Shown piece after piece: positions 11,257 to 28,232 of a stretch of DNA of 33,024 bases (position 1 is the stretch's first letter; the number at the start of each line of letters is the position of its first letter). The notes beneath the pieces are model-generated. The model was not told the origin of the DNA and ran no database searches. It saw nothing but the letters and a program-made list of their open reading frames with translations. The translations under genes were made by a program, and so were the position numbers. This DNA is from Eledone cirrhosa (taxonomy: Eukaryota), in contig CAXHJY010000355.1 of NCBI GenBank assembly GCA_964016885.1, positions 1 to 33,024 on the forward strand, in the 5' to 3' direction.

Positions 11257-11319
<63 letters not shown>

Positions 11320-11451
11320 CAAGGGCGGTGACCCAGTATGGTCTCAGCCATGGAACAGGTAAAAGAATATACTCATTAAAAACAACAGAAGGCTGAACTG
11401 TGTGTGTGTGTGTATAGACACACACAGACATATATATATATATATAGAGAG

Positions 11452-12119
11452 AGAAAGAAACAGACGGGTCACAGCGGAGGAAAATATATAAATATATGAA
11501 AAAATGGCGTGCTGCGTGGTTGAAAATGGGTTATATATGAATAAAATTAGTCCTTCATCAGTGATCTTCCAGCCTTCATTGGTATTTCATCGCTTTAAAG
11601 ATCATATACCTCTGGTTGGTGCGAGCAACGGCTAAAGAAAGTCTCTGGGACACGTAAAATAGGGTGAAACGAGCAAGACATGTAAACAAACAAAGATGGT
11701 GATGCAACGAAAAGTGAGGAAGAAGGAGTCAAGTCCCTGAAATCGATGAACTTAAGTTCTGTGAAATCGTAGACGAGAGATAAAGACCATCCAACCTGGG
11801 TGAAATGTGAGCGAGAAAAGGATTTCACACAGGCCAAACAGGAGGAAATGATGGAGAGGGAGTAGCAGAGAGTGAGTGAGTGAAAGCGTGAGGAAGAGGT
11901 TAGTTGAGAGAGTGACTGGCAGAGGGGGTAAAAAGAAAGTGAGAGATACAGAGAAAGGGGAAGCAGTAAGAAAGAAACAGACGGGTCACAGCGGAGGAAA
12001 ATATATAAATATATGAAAAAATGGCGTGCTGCGTGGTTGCAAATGGGTTACATATGAATAAAATTAGTTCGTCATCAGCGATCTTCCAGCCTTCATTGGT
12101 ATTTCATCGCTTTAAAGAT
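11452..12119. repeat. 151-bp direct repeats (11452-11602 and 11969-12119), 517-bp period
   Basis: agaaagaaacagacgggtcacagcggagg...atttcatcgctttaaagat occurs twice with a few substitutions. Confidence 0.9.
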
Positions 12120-12530
12120 GATTGGATTCTCCGGTCGATTTCGACATATGAAGGTCCAGCAGGTTGCATTTTTTTTTTTGGTTGTGATGTTTGTTTTAGC
12201 ATGAAACTAATCTGTCCATCACACACACACACAACCACACAATACCGAGATGTGTTAAGTTTACGCTTTATTTATCGTGTATTTCCTTGCGTCAGTGCCA
12301 CCGTAACTATATATAGAAAGTTTTTAAAAATATAATTGAACTGTTTATGTATAATTTATGTAAGTGGATACATTTCTTTTTTCCCCACTCCCCTTAGCTC
12401 TTTCTTCTATCAGTTTATCTTTTCCTTAACCCTCTCTCTAAGTTTTCGATATATCTATGTGTTAGTGTGTGTGTACACACACACATACACACACACACAG
12501 ACATTATATAATAAGTGTGTATACATATAA

Positions 12531-17362
<4,832 letters not shown>

Positions 17363-17365
17363 GGC

Positions 17366-17547
17366 TGTGAATTGCAGCGTCGGTAGAGGGTTGGACATCA
17401 TGCCTTCTAGCATAGTTACGCCCCATTACGGTTTGAGTTCAAATCCCGTTGGGCTCAACTTTGCCTTTCATCCCTCCGGGGTCGATAAAATAAAGTACCA
17501 GTAATGTACTGGGTTATTGCTGGCCTTGTGCCAAAAGTAGAAACAAA
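17366..17547 (+). mobile_element. SINE family 1, near full length with tRNA-like head
   Basis: B-box-like gagttcaaatccc at 17436-17448, followed by the family 1 body. Confidence 0.85.
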
Positions 17548-17605
17548 AGACATTTTTTCAAATTCCAACCCGCCCGTCCCCTCAATCTATCTTATTTCTC
17601 ATTCT

Positions 17606-17642
17606 TTCTTCTGATGAAGGACTAGCGTTCGAAACGTTAAAA
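17606..17642 (+). ncRNA. Minimal hammerhead-like motif
   Basis: CTGATGA-a-ggac/tagc/gttc-GAAA-cg-TT. Stem III palindrome AACGTT; stem I pairing is poor. Confidence 0.4.
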
Positions 17643-17972
17643 CCCTCTTCCTGCTATATCAAGCGTTAACCTAATATATCCCTTCCATATACTGTACCGA
17701 TAGTGTTGTTATTTCTGTTTAACTTTTACACACCCACACACACATATATATATATATATATATGATATGTATGTATATATATACCTACACACACATAAAT
17801 ACAGGAGATCTGTACTTGTTTGGCAAGTGACACGATCTGAAATCACGTGTGTGTTGAAACTAAAACAATTACATCGTTGTAGTCACTGGATGGTTAAAGT
17901 GACTCTTCCATCATATGATGGGAGTGCTGTCTGTGTGTGTATGTATGTATGTGTGTGTATGTATGCATACAC

Positions 17973-18007
<35 letters not shown>

Positions 18008-18016
18008 CTCATACAC

Positions 18017-18058
<42 letters not shown>

Positions 18059-18060
<2 letters not shown>

Positions 18061-18276
18061 TAAAATAACAGATTAAAGTTTAAGCAAAGAATCGCTGCTT
18101 TCACCCTTAACAGGATCTTCTGAAGATCCTGTTAAGGGTGAAAGCAGCGATTCTTTGCTTAAACTTTAATCTATTATTTTAATATATATTTGCTCTACGG
18201 TTCTTATATAGTTGATATATATTCATCCTTATCGAGCCCTCTTTGGATTTTAGTCTTCAAATTTATTATTATTACT
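18059..18276 (+). mobile_element. Fold-back family A copy 3: 62-bp arms around a single-base axis (18121), plus tail
   Basis: One mismatch between arms. The axis is the U of CTGAAGA in CTGAAGA-tcctgttaagggt-GAAA. Flanked by TA/CA microsatellites. Confidence 0.85.
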
Positions 18277-19476
18277 ATATATATATATATATACACACAC
18301 ATATATATATACACACACACACACATATATACACACACACACACATATATATACACACACACATATATATATACACACACACATATATATACACACACAC
18401 ATATATATACATACACATACACACATATATATACATATATATATATATACATATACACATACATATATATACATACATATATGTACATACATACACATAC
18501 ATACATATATGTACATACATACACATACATAAATATATATACATGCATATATATATATATATATACACACATACATACATATATGTGCATATACATACGT
18601 ATACATATATGCATATATATATATATATACACATACATACATATATACACAGATACATATATATATATATATGTGTGTATATATATAGATATATATATGT
18701 ATATATATATATATATATATCTCTATATATACACATATATATATATATACACACACATATATACATACATACACATACATACACACACACACATATATGA
18801 ATGTATATTATGTATTAAACAACACAATATAATTATCCCATTACCCAAGGTTTCACGAAGTCACGGTCGGAAGAGTCGTTCATCAGATAGAAATCTTTAA
18901 TATAGCTCTGTACTATACATAGAGCACTCTTCTTTCCTTTACATAGAGCACTCTTCTTTCCTTTACCTTTTACACGGAAATACTTAACATATATGCATGT
19001 ATATACAAATCCGTCTTTTCTCTCTGGTGCATGTTGATGGAGGTATCAGCTTGGCGCATGCGCATGTGTGCTGGCGTGCATCTCGCGTTCACTTACATAC
19101 ATACGTGAACCTTGAAACGTACTCGCATTACAGTTTTTTTTTCTCCACAAATATGTTGCTGTGTGTTTTTCTCTCTCATTTCTAATTGATATCCAATGTT
19201 CTATTTACATATCAATCTATTTATTCAGCACGGTCTCTGTTCTGTCTGTTTGTTGTTTTACTAATTTCCTACATTTACGTGTAGAGGTTTCTCACTTCAG
19301 TTTCTTTGAGCTGTGTTTTTCGAATCTTGTTTGTTTTTTCTTCTTCCTCTATCGCTACGAAATCTTTTAGGCAAAAAAAATAATAAATAAATTAAATAAA
19401 AAAAAGAAAGAGAAATCGATGGTGGATTTAGCAGTAATCGGTAGAGTATCGTGGGAAATATGCTTTGCGAAATATA

Positions 19477-19823
19477 CCTTATTTCCCGGCACCGAAGACG
19501 CTTCGTCCTCGAGGACGCACCTTAATTTGGAGAACCAAAAATTTGAATAAAAATAATGGTTTCTTACATAGGCACAAGGCCAGCAGTTTGGGGGGAGGGG
19601 AAAGTTGATTAAATCGACCCCAGTGCATTACTGGTACTTAATTTCATCGACTCCGTAAGGATGAAAGGCAAAATTAACCTCGGCGGGATTTGAATTCAGA
19701 TCATAAAGGGCCATAACTCATGCCGTCCGATATAATAAACAACCTTCGGCCTCCAGGACGCATGGTAGAATTTTGAGACTTATTTTGGGGAAAAAGTAGC
19801 GTCTTCGACGCCGGGAAATACGG
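19477..19823. mobile_element. Tc2/pogo-like MITE with TA target-site duplication
   Basis: TA-ccttatttcccggcaccgaagacgct ... agcgtcttcgacgccgggaaatacgg-TA. Confidence 0.8.
19556..19730 (-). mobile_element. SINE family 1 inserted inside the MITE
   Basis: ggcacaaggccagca..ctggtactt..tcgactccgtaaggatgaaaggcaaa is the reverse complement of 489-598. Confidence 0.85.
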
Positions 19824-19992
19824 TAGTAACGGTTCTTTACTTTCTGAGTTTCAAATCCTGTCGAGGTTAGCTTTATGTGGGTCGATTAAATAAAGTACCA
19901 GTAACGCATTGGGGTTAATTTAAACGACTTTTCTCTCCCTCAAAATTGTTAGCCTTGTGTCTAAATCAGAAAACACAATTTCTTCCTTTATC

Positions 19993-20209
19993 GTTGGCAG
20001 TGATCAGTAGAGTGTTGGATAATATGCTTTGTGGTATATACTTAGGGTCCTTTACTTCCTGAGTTTCAAATCCAGCCAAACTTAGCTTTGCCTTTCGTCC
20101 TTGTGTGAGTCGGTAAAATAAAGTACCAGTAATGCACAAGGGACGATTTAATCGACTTTATTCTTCCTTTCAAATTGCTGGCATTGTGTCAAAAGTAGAA
20201 ACAATTATT
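19993..20209 (+). mobile_element. SINE family 1 copy
   Basis: Head, gagtttcaaatcc, ctttgcctttc, aaataaagtaccagtaatgc, aaaagtagaaacaattatt. Confidence 0.8.
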
Positions 20210-20221
20210 TCTTCTTTTATT

Positions 20222-20465
20222 AGAGAGAGTAGGAGGAAGAGCGAGAGAGGGAGTTAGAGGGATGAGAGAGAGCGAGAGCGAGAGAGAGAGAGAGGCAGAA
20301 AGAGAGAGAGGGAGAGAGAACGAGAGGGAGAGAGAACGAGGGGGAGAGATAGCTAGATAGAGAGAGATAGTGAACGAGAGAGAGAGGGAGGGAGAGGGAG
20401 AGAGAGAGGAGGAGAGGTAGCGGTAGAGAGAGAGAGAGAGAGAGAGAAAGTGAGGCGAAAGAGAA
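20222..20465. repeat. Degenerate (GA)n polypurine tract
   Basis: Directly visible. Confidence 0.9.
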
Positions 20466-20788
20466 CAGTGTAGTTTACACTACGACGCCATTGTGGCAAT
20501 AGTGAAATTTAAGATTTAAAATAAATAAAACAAAAAGAATCAACGACTTAAATATCCACCATTTTTTTTCTTGCTTTCTCCTTTTTTTCTGTATCTTTTA
20601 GAAACATTTTCTTCTTCCTTTTAATTGTACACACACAATCATACACGCACAAACATTTATATATATATACATCTTGTTTATGACATATGTAAATATCTTT
20701 AAGAAGTGAGATGGTTTTAAATAAACATCCTGCATTTATTGTATATATGTATACACACACACATTCACACAGACATACACACACAAAC

Positions 20789-20857
<69 letters not shown>

Positions 20858-20990
20858 TAGAAGGGTATTTAATTTGTTGGAAGTCCGACAAATATAAATG
20901 TGTATAACTGATTTAGAGCACTCAACAGTTAACTGGAGTAAATATTCAATGATATTAAATAAATGGAAACTATATTTATAAAACCATATT

Positions 20991-21054
20991 TATTTTATTA
21001 TATATATTTCAAGGGTACCAAGACAACATTGGTACGCTTTCATCAGATAAAATA
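20991..21054 (-). ncRNA. Type I hammerhead ribozyme (mirror copy)
   Basis: Reverse complement: tattttat-CTGATGA-aagcgtaccaatgttgtcttggtaccctt-GAAA-tatata-TA-ataaaata. Confidence 0.85.
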
Positions 21055-21172
21055 CGAAGTTTGTTTTATAAATTGAGACGTACCCATGAAAATCATACCT
21101 TATTGGTTGGAAATTCACAACCGATAAGGTATGATTTTCATGGGTATGTCTCTATTTATAAAACAAACTTTG

Positions 21173-21236
21173 TATTTTATCTGATGAAAGCGTACCAATA
21201 TTGTCTTGGTACTCTTGAAATATATATAATAAAATA
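21173..21236 (+). ncRNA. Type I hammerhead ribozyme
   Basis: Perfect 8-bp stem I tattttat/ataaaata; CTGATGA 21181-21187; stem II aag-c-gtaccaa/ttggtac-t-ctt; GAAA 21217-21220; tatata; UA. Confidence 0.88.
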
Positions 21237-21276
21237 AATATGGTTTTATAAATATAGTTTCCATTTATTTAATATC

Positions 21277-21339
<63 letters not shown>

Positions 21340-21340
<1 letters not shown>

Positions 21341-22575
21341 GTTCAAGAGTAACCAATCTTAAAGAGAGAGATGGAGATAGGAAAGGAGATAAGAAAGGAG
21401 AAGAGAAATTGGTGAATTAGTTAGAAGCCAAAGCGTAAAGGCATGTGCTCAATGTGCAATATGCAGTGGAAGGCAGCTAGGTGGCTGGGTTCATGCAGAG
21501 GTTAGGAGCACAGAGCTGGAAATATTCATTAGTTAAGCAAAACAAGACCACAAATTTCACAAGGAAGACATTATTAAAAGATTGTCAACATAGTTTTAGT
21601 TTGATGTAAGGAATGTAGAGAATAATAATAATAATATTAATAATAATAATGTCCGTTTCCAATTGTTTCGCTACTCCATATAATGTTTCTGGATCAAATG
21701 ATTATAGATAATTATTGATCTGGTTCAGTTGAAAATAATTAACTTAGGTACAATTAGAGCAGCTCATTGGAACTTCAAAAGGAAGATAAATTAAAATAAG
21801 GAAAGAATGTTACATGAATGTAATGTTCCATATATTGGTATTTCACTATGGCGTCCTGGGTATATCTATTGTCTGCCATAGTCGAGCAGTATTCTTCTGT
21901 CGAGGCTGCATTGTGTGAGATCTGGCTATGGGTAACAAGATGGCCGCCAATGGATATATTTACCTTACTAATTAGAGGGTGGTTTCAGGGGAAGTAACTC
22001 CTCGAGAAATTAGAAATTGTGGGTAGTTTATAGTTAAAAAATTAGCACTTCTTAACTAAAAATTAGCACTTCTTAACTATAAACTACCCACAATTTCTAA
22101 TTCCTCGAGGAGTTACTTCCCCTGAAACCACCCTCTAATTAGTAAGGTAAATATGTCCATTGGCGGCCATCTTGTTACCCATAGGCAGATCTCACACAAT
22201 GCAGCCTCGACAGAAGAATACTGCTCGACTATGGCAGACAATAGATATACCCAGGACGCCATAGTGAAATACCAATATATGGAACATTACATTCATGTAA
22301 CATTCTTTCCTTATTTTAATTTATCTTCCTTTTGAAGTTCCAATGAGCTGCTCTAATTGTACATAAGTTAATTATTTTCAACTGAACCAGATCAATAATT
22401 ATCTATAATCATTTGATCCAGAAACATTATATGGAGTAGCGAAACAATTGTAAACGGACATTATTATTATTAATATTATTATTCTCTACATTCCTTACAT
22501 CAAACTAAAACTATGTTGACAATCTTTTAATAATGTCTTCCTTGTGAAATTTGTGGTCTTGTTTTGCTTAACTAA

Positions 22576-22582
<7 letters not shown>
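21340..22582 (-). mobile_element. Large fold-back element: ~515-bp arms (21522-22037 / 22073-22582) plus tail 21340-21521
   Basis: By eye the arms differ by about five substitutions and a 6-nt (AAT) indel. The right arm runs into (TA)n. Contains GAAACAATTGTA at 22441-22452. Confidence 0.85.
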
Positions 22583-22629
<47 letters not shown>

Positions 22630-22837
22630 TCTTGTTTATGGCATATGTATATATATTTAAGTGAGATGGTCTTAAATGTACATCCTGCATTTATTGTATA
22701 TATGTATATGTATACACACACACACGTGTGTGTGTGTGTGTATTATATATATAGTTCAAGGTTTAAAAAGAAGATATGCACGGAGAAATATTTTTTTAAA
22801 AGTCTCACGTTTGTGGGAGAAATGAAAGGAATCGAGA

Positions 22838-22930
22838 GAGAGAGGGGGAGAGAGGGGGGAGAGGGAGGGGGAGAAAGGGGGAGAGGGGGAGAACGGGGGA
22901 GAGGGGGATGGGGGAGATGGGGTGGGGGAT
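22838..22930 (+). other. G-run-rich purine tract (G-quadruplex potential)
   Basis: At least ten runs of 3-6 G separated by 1-5 nt. Confidence 0.6.
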
Positions 22931-23596
22931 GTTGGAAGGCTGGAAGAGAATATATTTATATATTTGTGTGCGTATGTGTATGTATGTGCGTGTGTATAAT
23001 TGGCAGACACACATACACAGACACGCGAAACACACACCTACACACACACAGGCCAACATTCATACACAGACACACACAGGCCCAAACTCATACACAGACA
23101 CACCTACACACACACAGACACAGACTTAGACCTACACAGATACTGGCACACACAAACACAGACACACCTACACAGACACATACAGGCACGCATAAAACAC
23201 AAACACAGACACACGGAACACAGACACACAGATACAGGCACACATAAAACACAAACACACACGGAACACAAACAGACACACACAAACACACACATACACA
23301 CGAAACACAAATAAACAGACGGTCTATCCTATCGTATAATGAGTTAATATTCATTCGTTTAAATGGTTTATGAAACTGAAGACGTTCTTTGAGAATCTTG
23401 AAGTTCTTTACATGTTTATTTGTTATAAAAAAAATAACTTGCTTTTCACTGCTGCCATAAAACGTGTGCGTGTATGTATCTATCTATGTCTATATATATA
23501 TTTATATATATATACCTTTCTTTATTTTTAGATAGATATCTAATATAATATATATATATATATATATACCTTTCTTTATTTTTAGATTGATATCTA

Positions 23597-23651
<55 letters not shown>

Positions 23652-23683
23652 ACCTTTCTTTATTTTTAGATAGATATCTGATA

Positions 23684-23787
<104 letters not shown>

Positions 23788-24185
23788 AAATAGTTAAAGA
23801 AAGAAGAGTAACATGGTTGACTGTACAATAAGCGCTTTATTTAAAGTGCTGACAATTGTTTCGTTGATCTGGTGCGTCTAGAGTTCGCTAATCGCTTGAT
23901 GCTGCGTCAATCGATCTCCAATACGTAGTATAACCTGCATAGAAATTACCGCGAACTCGCTGCATCACTATGGAAGTGTCTTGTTGAGTCAAACCAAGCC
24001 GCACGTTAATACCATCCACAACACGGATTACTCTAACTGGACTACCTCTAAGTGGATCACCTATAACGATAACTTGTTATCCCATATATATATATATATA
24101 CCCCACTGTTGATCAATATGCGCATGTGTTTTATATGTCTCTTGGGTTGAAAAGGCGGTCAAGTATGTTATAGATCAGTAAATAG

Positions 24186-24234
24186 TTGCTCCGAAGAATC
24201 CAAACCTCGGTTTGGAGGAAACAATTGTAAGCAA
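24186..24234 (+). ncRNA. Type I hammerhead ribozyme with U4C core variant
   Basis: Stem I ttgct/agcaa; CCGAAGA; stem II tccaaac/ctcg/gtttgga; GAAA; palindromic caattg; GUA site; AATAAA follows. Confidence 0.7.
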
Positions 24235-24295
24235 ATAAATGACTTAAACTGAACTTTGATTATTGTAACCTCTATATATATATATATATATATAT

Positions 24296-24577
24296 ATAGG
24301 AAAACAGTCAGGACCCCGACAGCTGAGCTCCGGCCGTTTCGACAGCTAGGTCTAGGTCTATTACCCACTCTACTACTCTCAGTATCGAGTACTTTGGTGC
24401 GTTATGGTCCACCTTGTTCCTTATATATAACAAAGGAATTGTGGTAAGGAACCAGATGGACCATAACGCACAAGAGTAGTCAATACTTAGGGTAGTAAAG
24501 TGGGAAATAGGAAAAAGTATGACCCCGACGGCAGAGCTCAAGCCGTTTCGATGGCTAGTCGTCGGGGTCATACTTTT

Positions 24578-24582
<5 letters not shown>
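24296..24582. mobile_element. Composite direct + inverted repeat element between (TA)n tracts
   Basis: Direct repeats ~24298-24349 / 24509-24558; diverged inverted repeats ~24359-24423 / 24445-24510; terminal inversion 24558-24582 of 24507-24532. Confidence 0.7.
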
Positions 24583-24631
<49 letters not shown>

Positions 24632-24816
24632 TCAGGTTTGAGGTTCACCACTGTATAGAGCTGGTCTATTCCGTATGGTCAATCGTAATGCAATAATATA
24701 GAGAGTACTCAACGTAAAGCAGTTCAACCGTCTTTGTTTTTGTAGTTGGTGGTGCTATTACGTATAGTATAATAAACCTTTCAAGGATTTACACAAATCC
24801 AGCCTCCTGTCATTTC

Positions 24817-25253
<437 letters not shown>

Positions 25254-26183
25254 ATGTCTATGTGTATGTATGTATTTATGTACGTATATGTGTATACACA
25301 CAGCATCAGCTAACGAAGGAGCCTTACATGTTTGCTCTATTACAAAGAATCTACTATGATACATACATACACACATATTCATACATACATACATAAATAC
25401 ATACATACATGCGTACGTACACACATACATACACACATATTCATACATACATGCATGCATACGTACATATACACATACGTCCACACATACATACATACAC
25501 ACACACACATAAACACATGTACATACACACACACGCATATATACATATATACTCATACATACATATACATACATATATATACATATATACTCATGCATGC
25601 ATACATACATACATACGTGTGTGTGTGTATGTGTGTGTGTGTATATATGTATGTAAGCATGTGTGTATGCATGAGTGTATGTATATATATGCATACATAT
25701 ATATATATATATATATACATACATACACTCATGCATACACACATGCATACATACATATATATACACACACACACACCTACTCACACACACGCACACATAT
25801 ATACATACGTATACACACAGTGGGTATTCTTTATTTTCATATATTTCAAGACAACATTGAATCCGTGTAACTTAATATGGCGGACGATAAAGAACATTTT
25901 ATTAAATACGCGAAGAAAATTCTAATTGCACATTTGAGAAAACGTAATTATACAAATTAAAAATTAAAAGTAAGCATAAATGTAAACCGACCTTTTAATG
26001 GCATGTATATATATATATAATTATATATATATATATATATATAATTATATATATGTATATATATATATATATATATATAATTATATATATGTATATATAT
26101 ATATATATATAATTATATATATGTATATATATATATATATATAATTATATATATGTATATATATATATATATATATAATTATA

Positions 26184-26274
<91 letters not shown>

Positions 26275-26394
26275 ACATACACATGTATACAATTGCATAC
26301 AATTGTATGTAATTAGTTAAGCAAAATTGAAACCTTCACAAGTCCCTCACGTAAAAGCCGTCAAGGACGCATGTTCTGACTCTGCGATGGATCC

Positions 26395-26560
26395 TCCGTC
26401 AATGTCGACGATTACCATTCAGTTGTTCGATCAACTGAACGTCCGACTCCTGAATGAACTTGTAAGTGGTTGAGTATTCGACAGACACGTGTAGCCTTGC
26501 CGTAATTGCCAGGTTGAATTAGCATGACACAATATGGAACATTTGGATTTACAGGTTCAA
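26395..26560 (-). mobile_element. SINE family 2, diverged copy
   Basis: Aligns by eye to the reverse complement of 2160-2310. Confidence 0.6.
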
Positions 26561-26639
26561 TCCTCCAGACGCTCTTCATCACAAGTTTTTTTTTTCCCCA
26601 CTGGAATTACTGGTACAACCTATTTCTAACACCATCATA

Positions 26640-27013
26640 CTACACGACCACCATCCCCACCACCATCATCACCACATCCATCATCATCACCACCACCATA
26701 CCACACCACCACAACCGGCGCCACGACCATCACATCCCATACCACACCACCACTACCAAACCATACCACCACCACCACGACATCCACCATACCCACCACC
26801 ACATTAACCCTCACCACCACCATCACCACATCCATCATCATCATCACCACCACCACCACCACCACACCACACCACCACAACCGGCGCCACGACCATCACA
26901 TCCCATACCACACCACCACTATCAAACCATACCACCACCACCACCACGACATCCACCAGAACACACCACCACCACCACCACATCCACCAAACCATAACAC
27001 CACCACCACCACC
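26640..27013. repeat. (CAC)n low-complexity tract with an internal ~75-bp duplication (caccacaaccggcgccacgaccatcacatcccatacc...)
   Basis: Copies begin near 26707 and 26873. Confidence 0.8.
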
Positions 27014-27217
27014 TTAAAGATAAAGGTATGTTTCATTTCATATGTAAATTAATACCAATTAAAAGCTAACTGCTCGTACAGGACATGATGCTGGTGTTGC
27101 TAGTGGTTGTAGTGGTGGTGAGTATATATATATATTTATTATATGTATATATATATATATATATATGTGCATATGTGTGCATGTGTATGTATGAGTATTT
27201 ATATGTATGTGTATATT

Positions 27218-27250
<33 letters not shown>

Positions 27251-27610
27251 ATATATGTGTAAGTGTGTGTATATAGATATATATGTAAATGGGTGTCACG
27301 CCTGTATGTGTGTATGTATGTATGTATATATATATAACTTTGATAGGTTTCGGCCAGTATTGGCCCAGGCCATGTCCAACTTATATATATAAGAGATTTA
27401 TTTAATTATGTCTCGTATAAAATAATACAACCAATTATCCACGGAATACTATATAGTTAGCACCCCAAACACATAATTGGGATTATACTCAGGTATATCC
27501 TGTTTGTTGAGTGAGATGGAGTTGGTCAGAGTATCGCTTAAAGCTTTCTCTGTTAATGTATTAAACATATATATATATATATATATATATATACGTATGT
27601 ATGTATATGG

Positions 27611-27655
<45 letters not shown>

Positions 27656-27660
<5 letters not shown>

Positions 27661-27927
27661 AGATCAAAAGATGGTTAAAAGAGTTCCATGTATTTTATTA
27701 TGCGCATTTCAAAAAACAAATATCATCATGCAATAATATTTGTGTTTTCATCAGATAAAACAGGAAGACATGAAGGTTAAAAAACACTTGTGGATAGTGC
27801 AGTTTTAAATCAACATTTAACCATCTTTTGTTCTTATATATTATGTATACTCCAGTCCTACAAACTGTAGAGTGCTTCTTATTCGATATCTGCATTGCTT
27901 TATTGTACTACAATAAAACTCACCTCC

Positions 27928-27930
<3 letters not shown>
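27656..27930 (+). mobile_element. Fold-back element with a long inverted arm, short sense arm (27816-27840) and tail
   Basis: atataagatcaaaagatggttaaa versus tttaaccatcttttgttcttatat. Flanked by (TA)n. Confidence 0.7.
27693..27760 (-). ncRNA. Type I hammerhead ribozyme
   Basis: Reverse complement: ttttat-CTGATGA-aaa-c-acaaatattatt/gcat/gatgatatttgt-tt-ttt-GAAA-tgcgca-TA-ataaaa. Confidence 0.85.
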
Positions 27931-27964
<34 letters not shown>

Positions 27965-27967
<3 letters not shown>

Positions 27968-28232
27968 ATATTAACAAATGGAAACTATATTTATAAAACC
28001 ATATTTATTTCATTATACATATTTCAAGGACACCAAGTTAAATTATGGTGTGCTTTCAATAGATAAAATATAATATAGAACAGTTTTATAAATAAATATT
28101 GACATACCCTTAAAGGATGCGACCATTTCTGTTGGAAGCTCCCGTATTTTTACTCCAAGAATTTGTTGAGTGCTTTATATCAGTTATAAAAATATTTGCT
28201 TGTTGTATCCCAACAATTTAAATAGAACTTCT
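27965..28232 (+). mobile_element. Family C copy 3 (inverted arm + spacer + tail; sense arm absent), with a decayed hammerhead on the minus strand at 28006-28070
   Basis: Homologous to 4241-4382 and to the reverse complement of 4154-4240. Core mutated to CTATTGA and stem III to tatgta; stems I and II retained. Confidence 0.8.

Larger units (their letters stand above)
19420..19980 (+). mobile_element. SINE family 1 copy split by a MITE (19420-19476 + 19826-19980)
   Basis: Joining aatatgctttgcgaaatata to gtaacggttctttactttctgagtttcaaatcc reproduces the intact copy at 20021-20073. Confidence 0.75.
20857..21285 (-). mobile_element. Fold-back family C copy 2: 168-bp arms (20942-21109 / 21118-21285), 8-nt loop, tail 20857-20941
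   Basis: Arms complementary with a few mismatches. Homologous to 4154-4568. (TA)n on both sides. Confidence 0.85.

Noticed and set aside
22153-22335. 60-aa ORF within the large palindrome
   Set aside because: Short, with no recognisable RT or GIY-YIG motif.
23376-23410. CTGAAGA...GAAG hammerhead-like motif
   Set aside because: Core GAAA is absent and stems are unconvincing.
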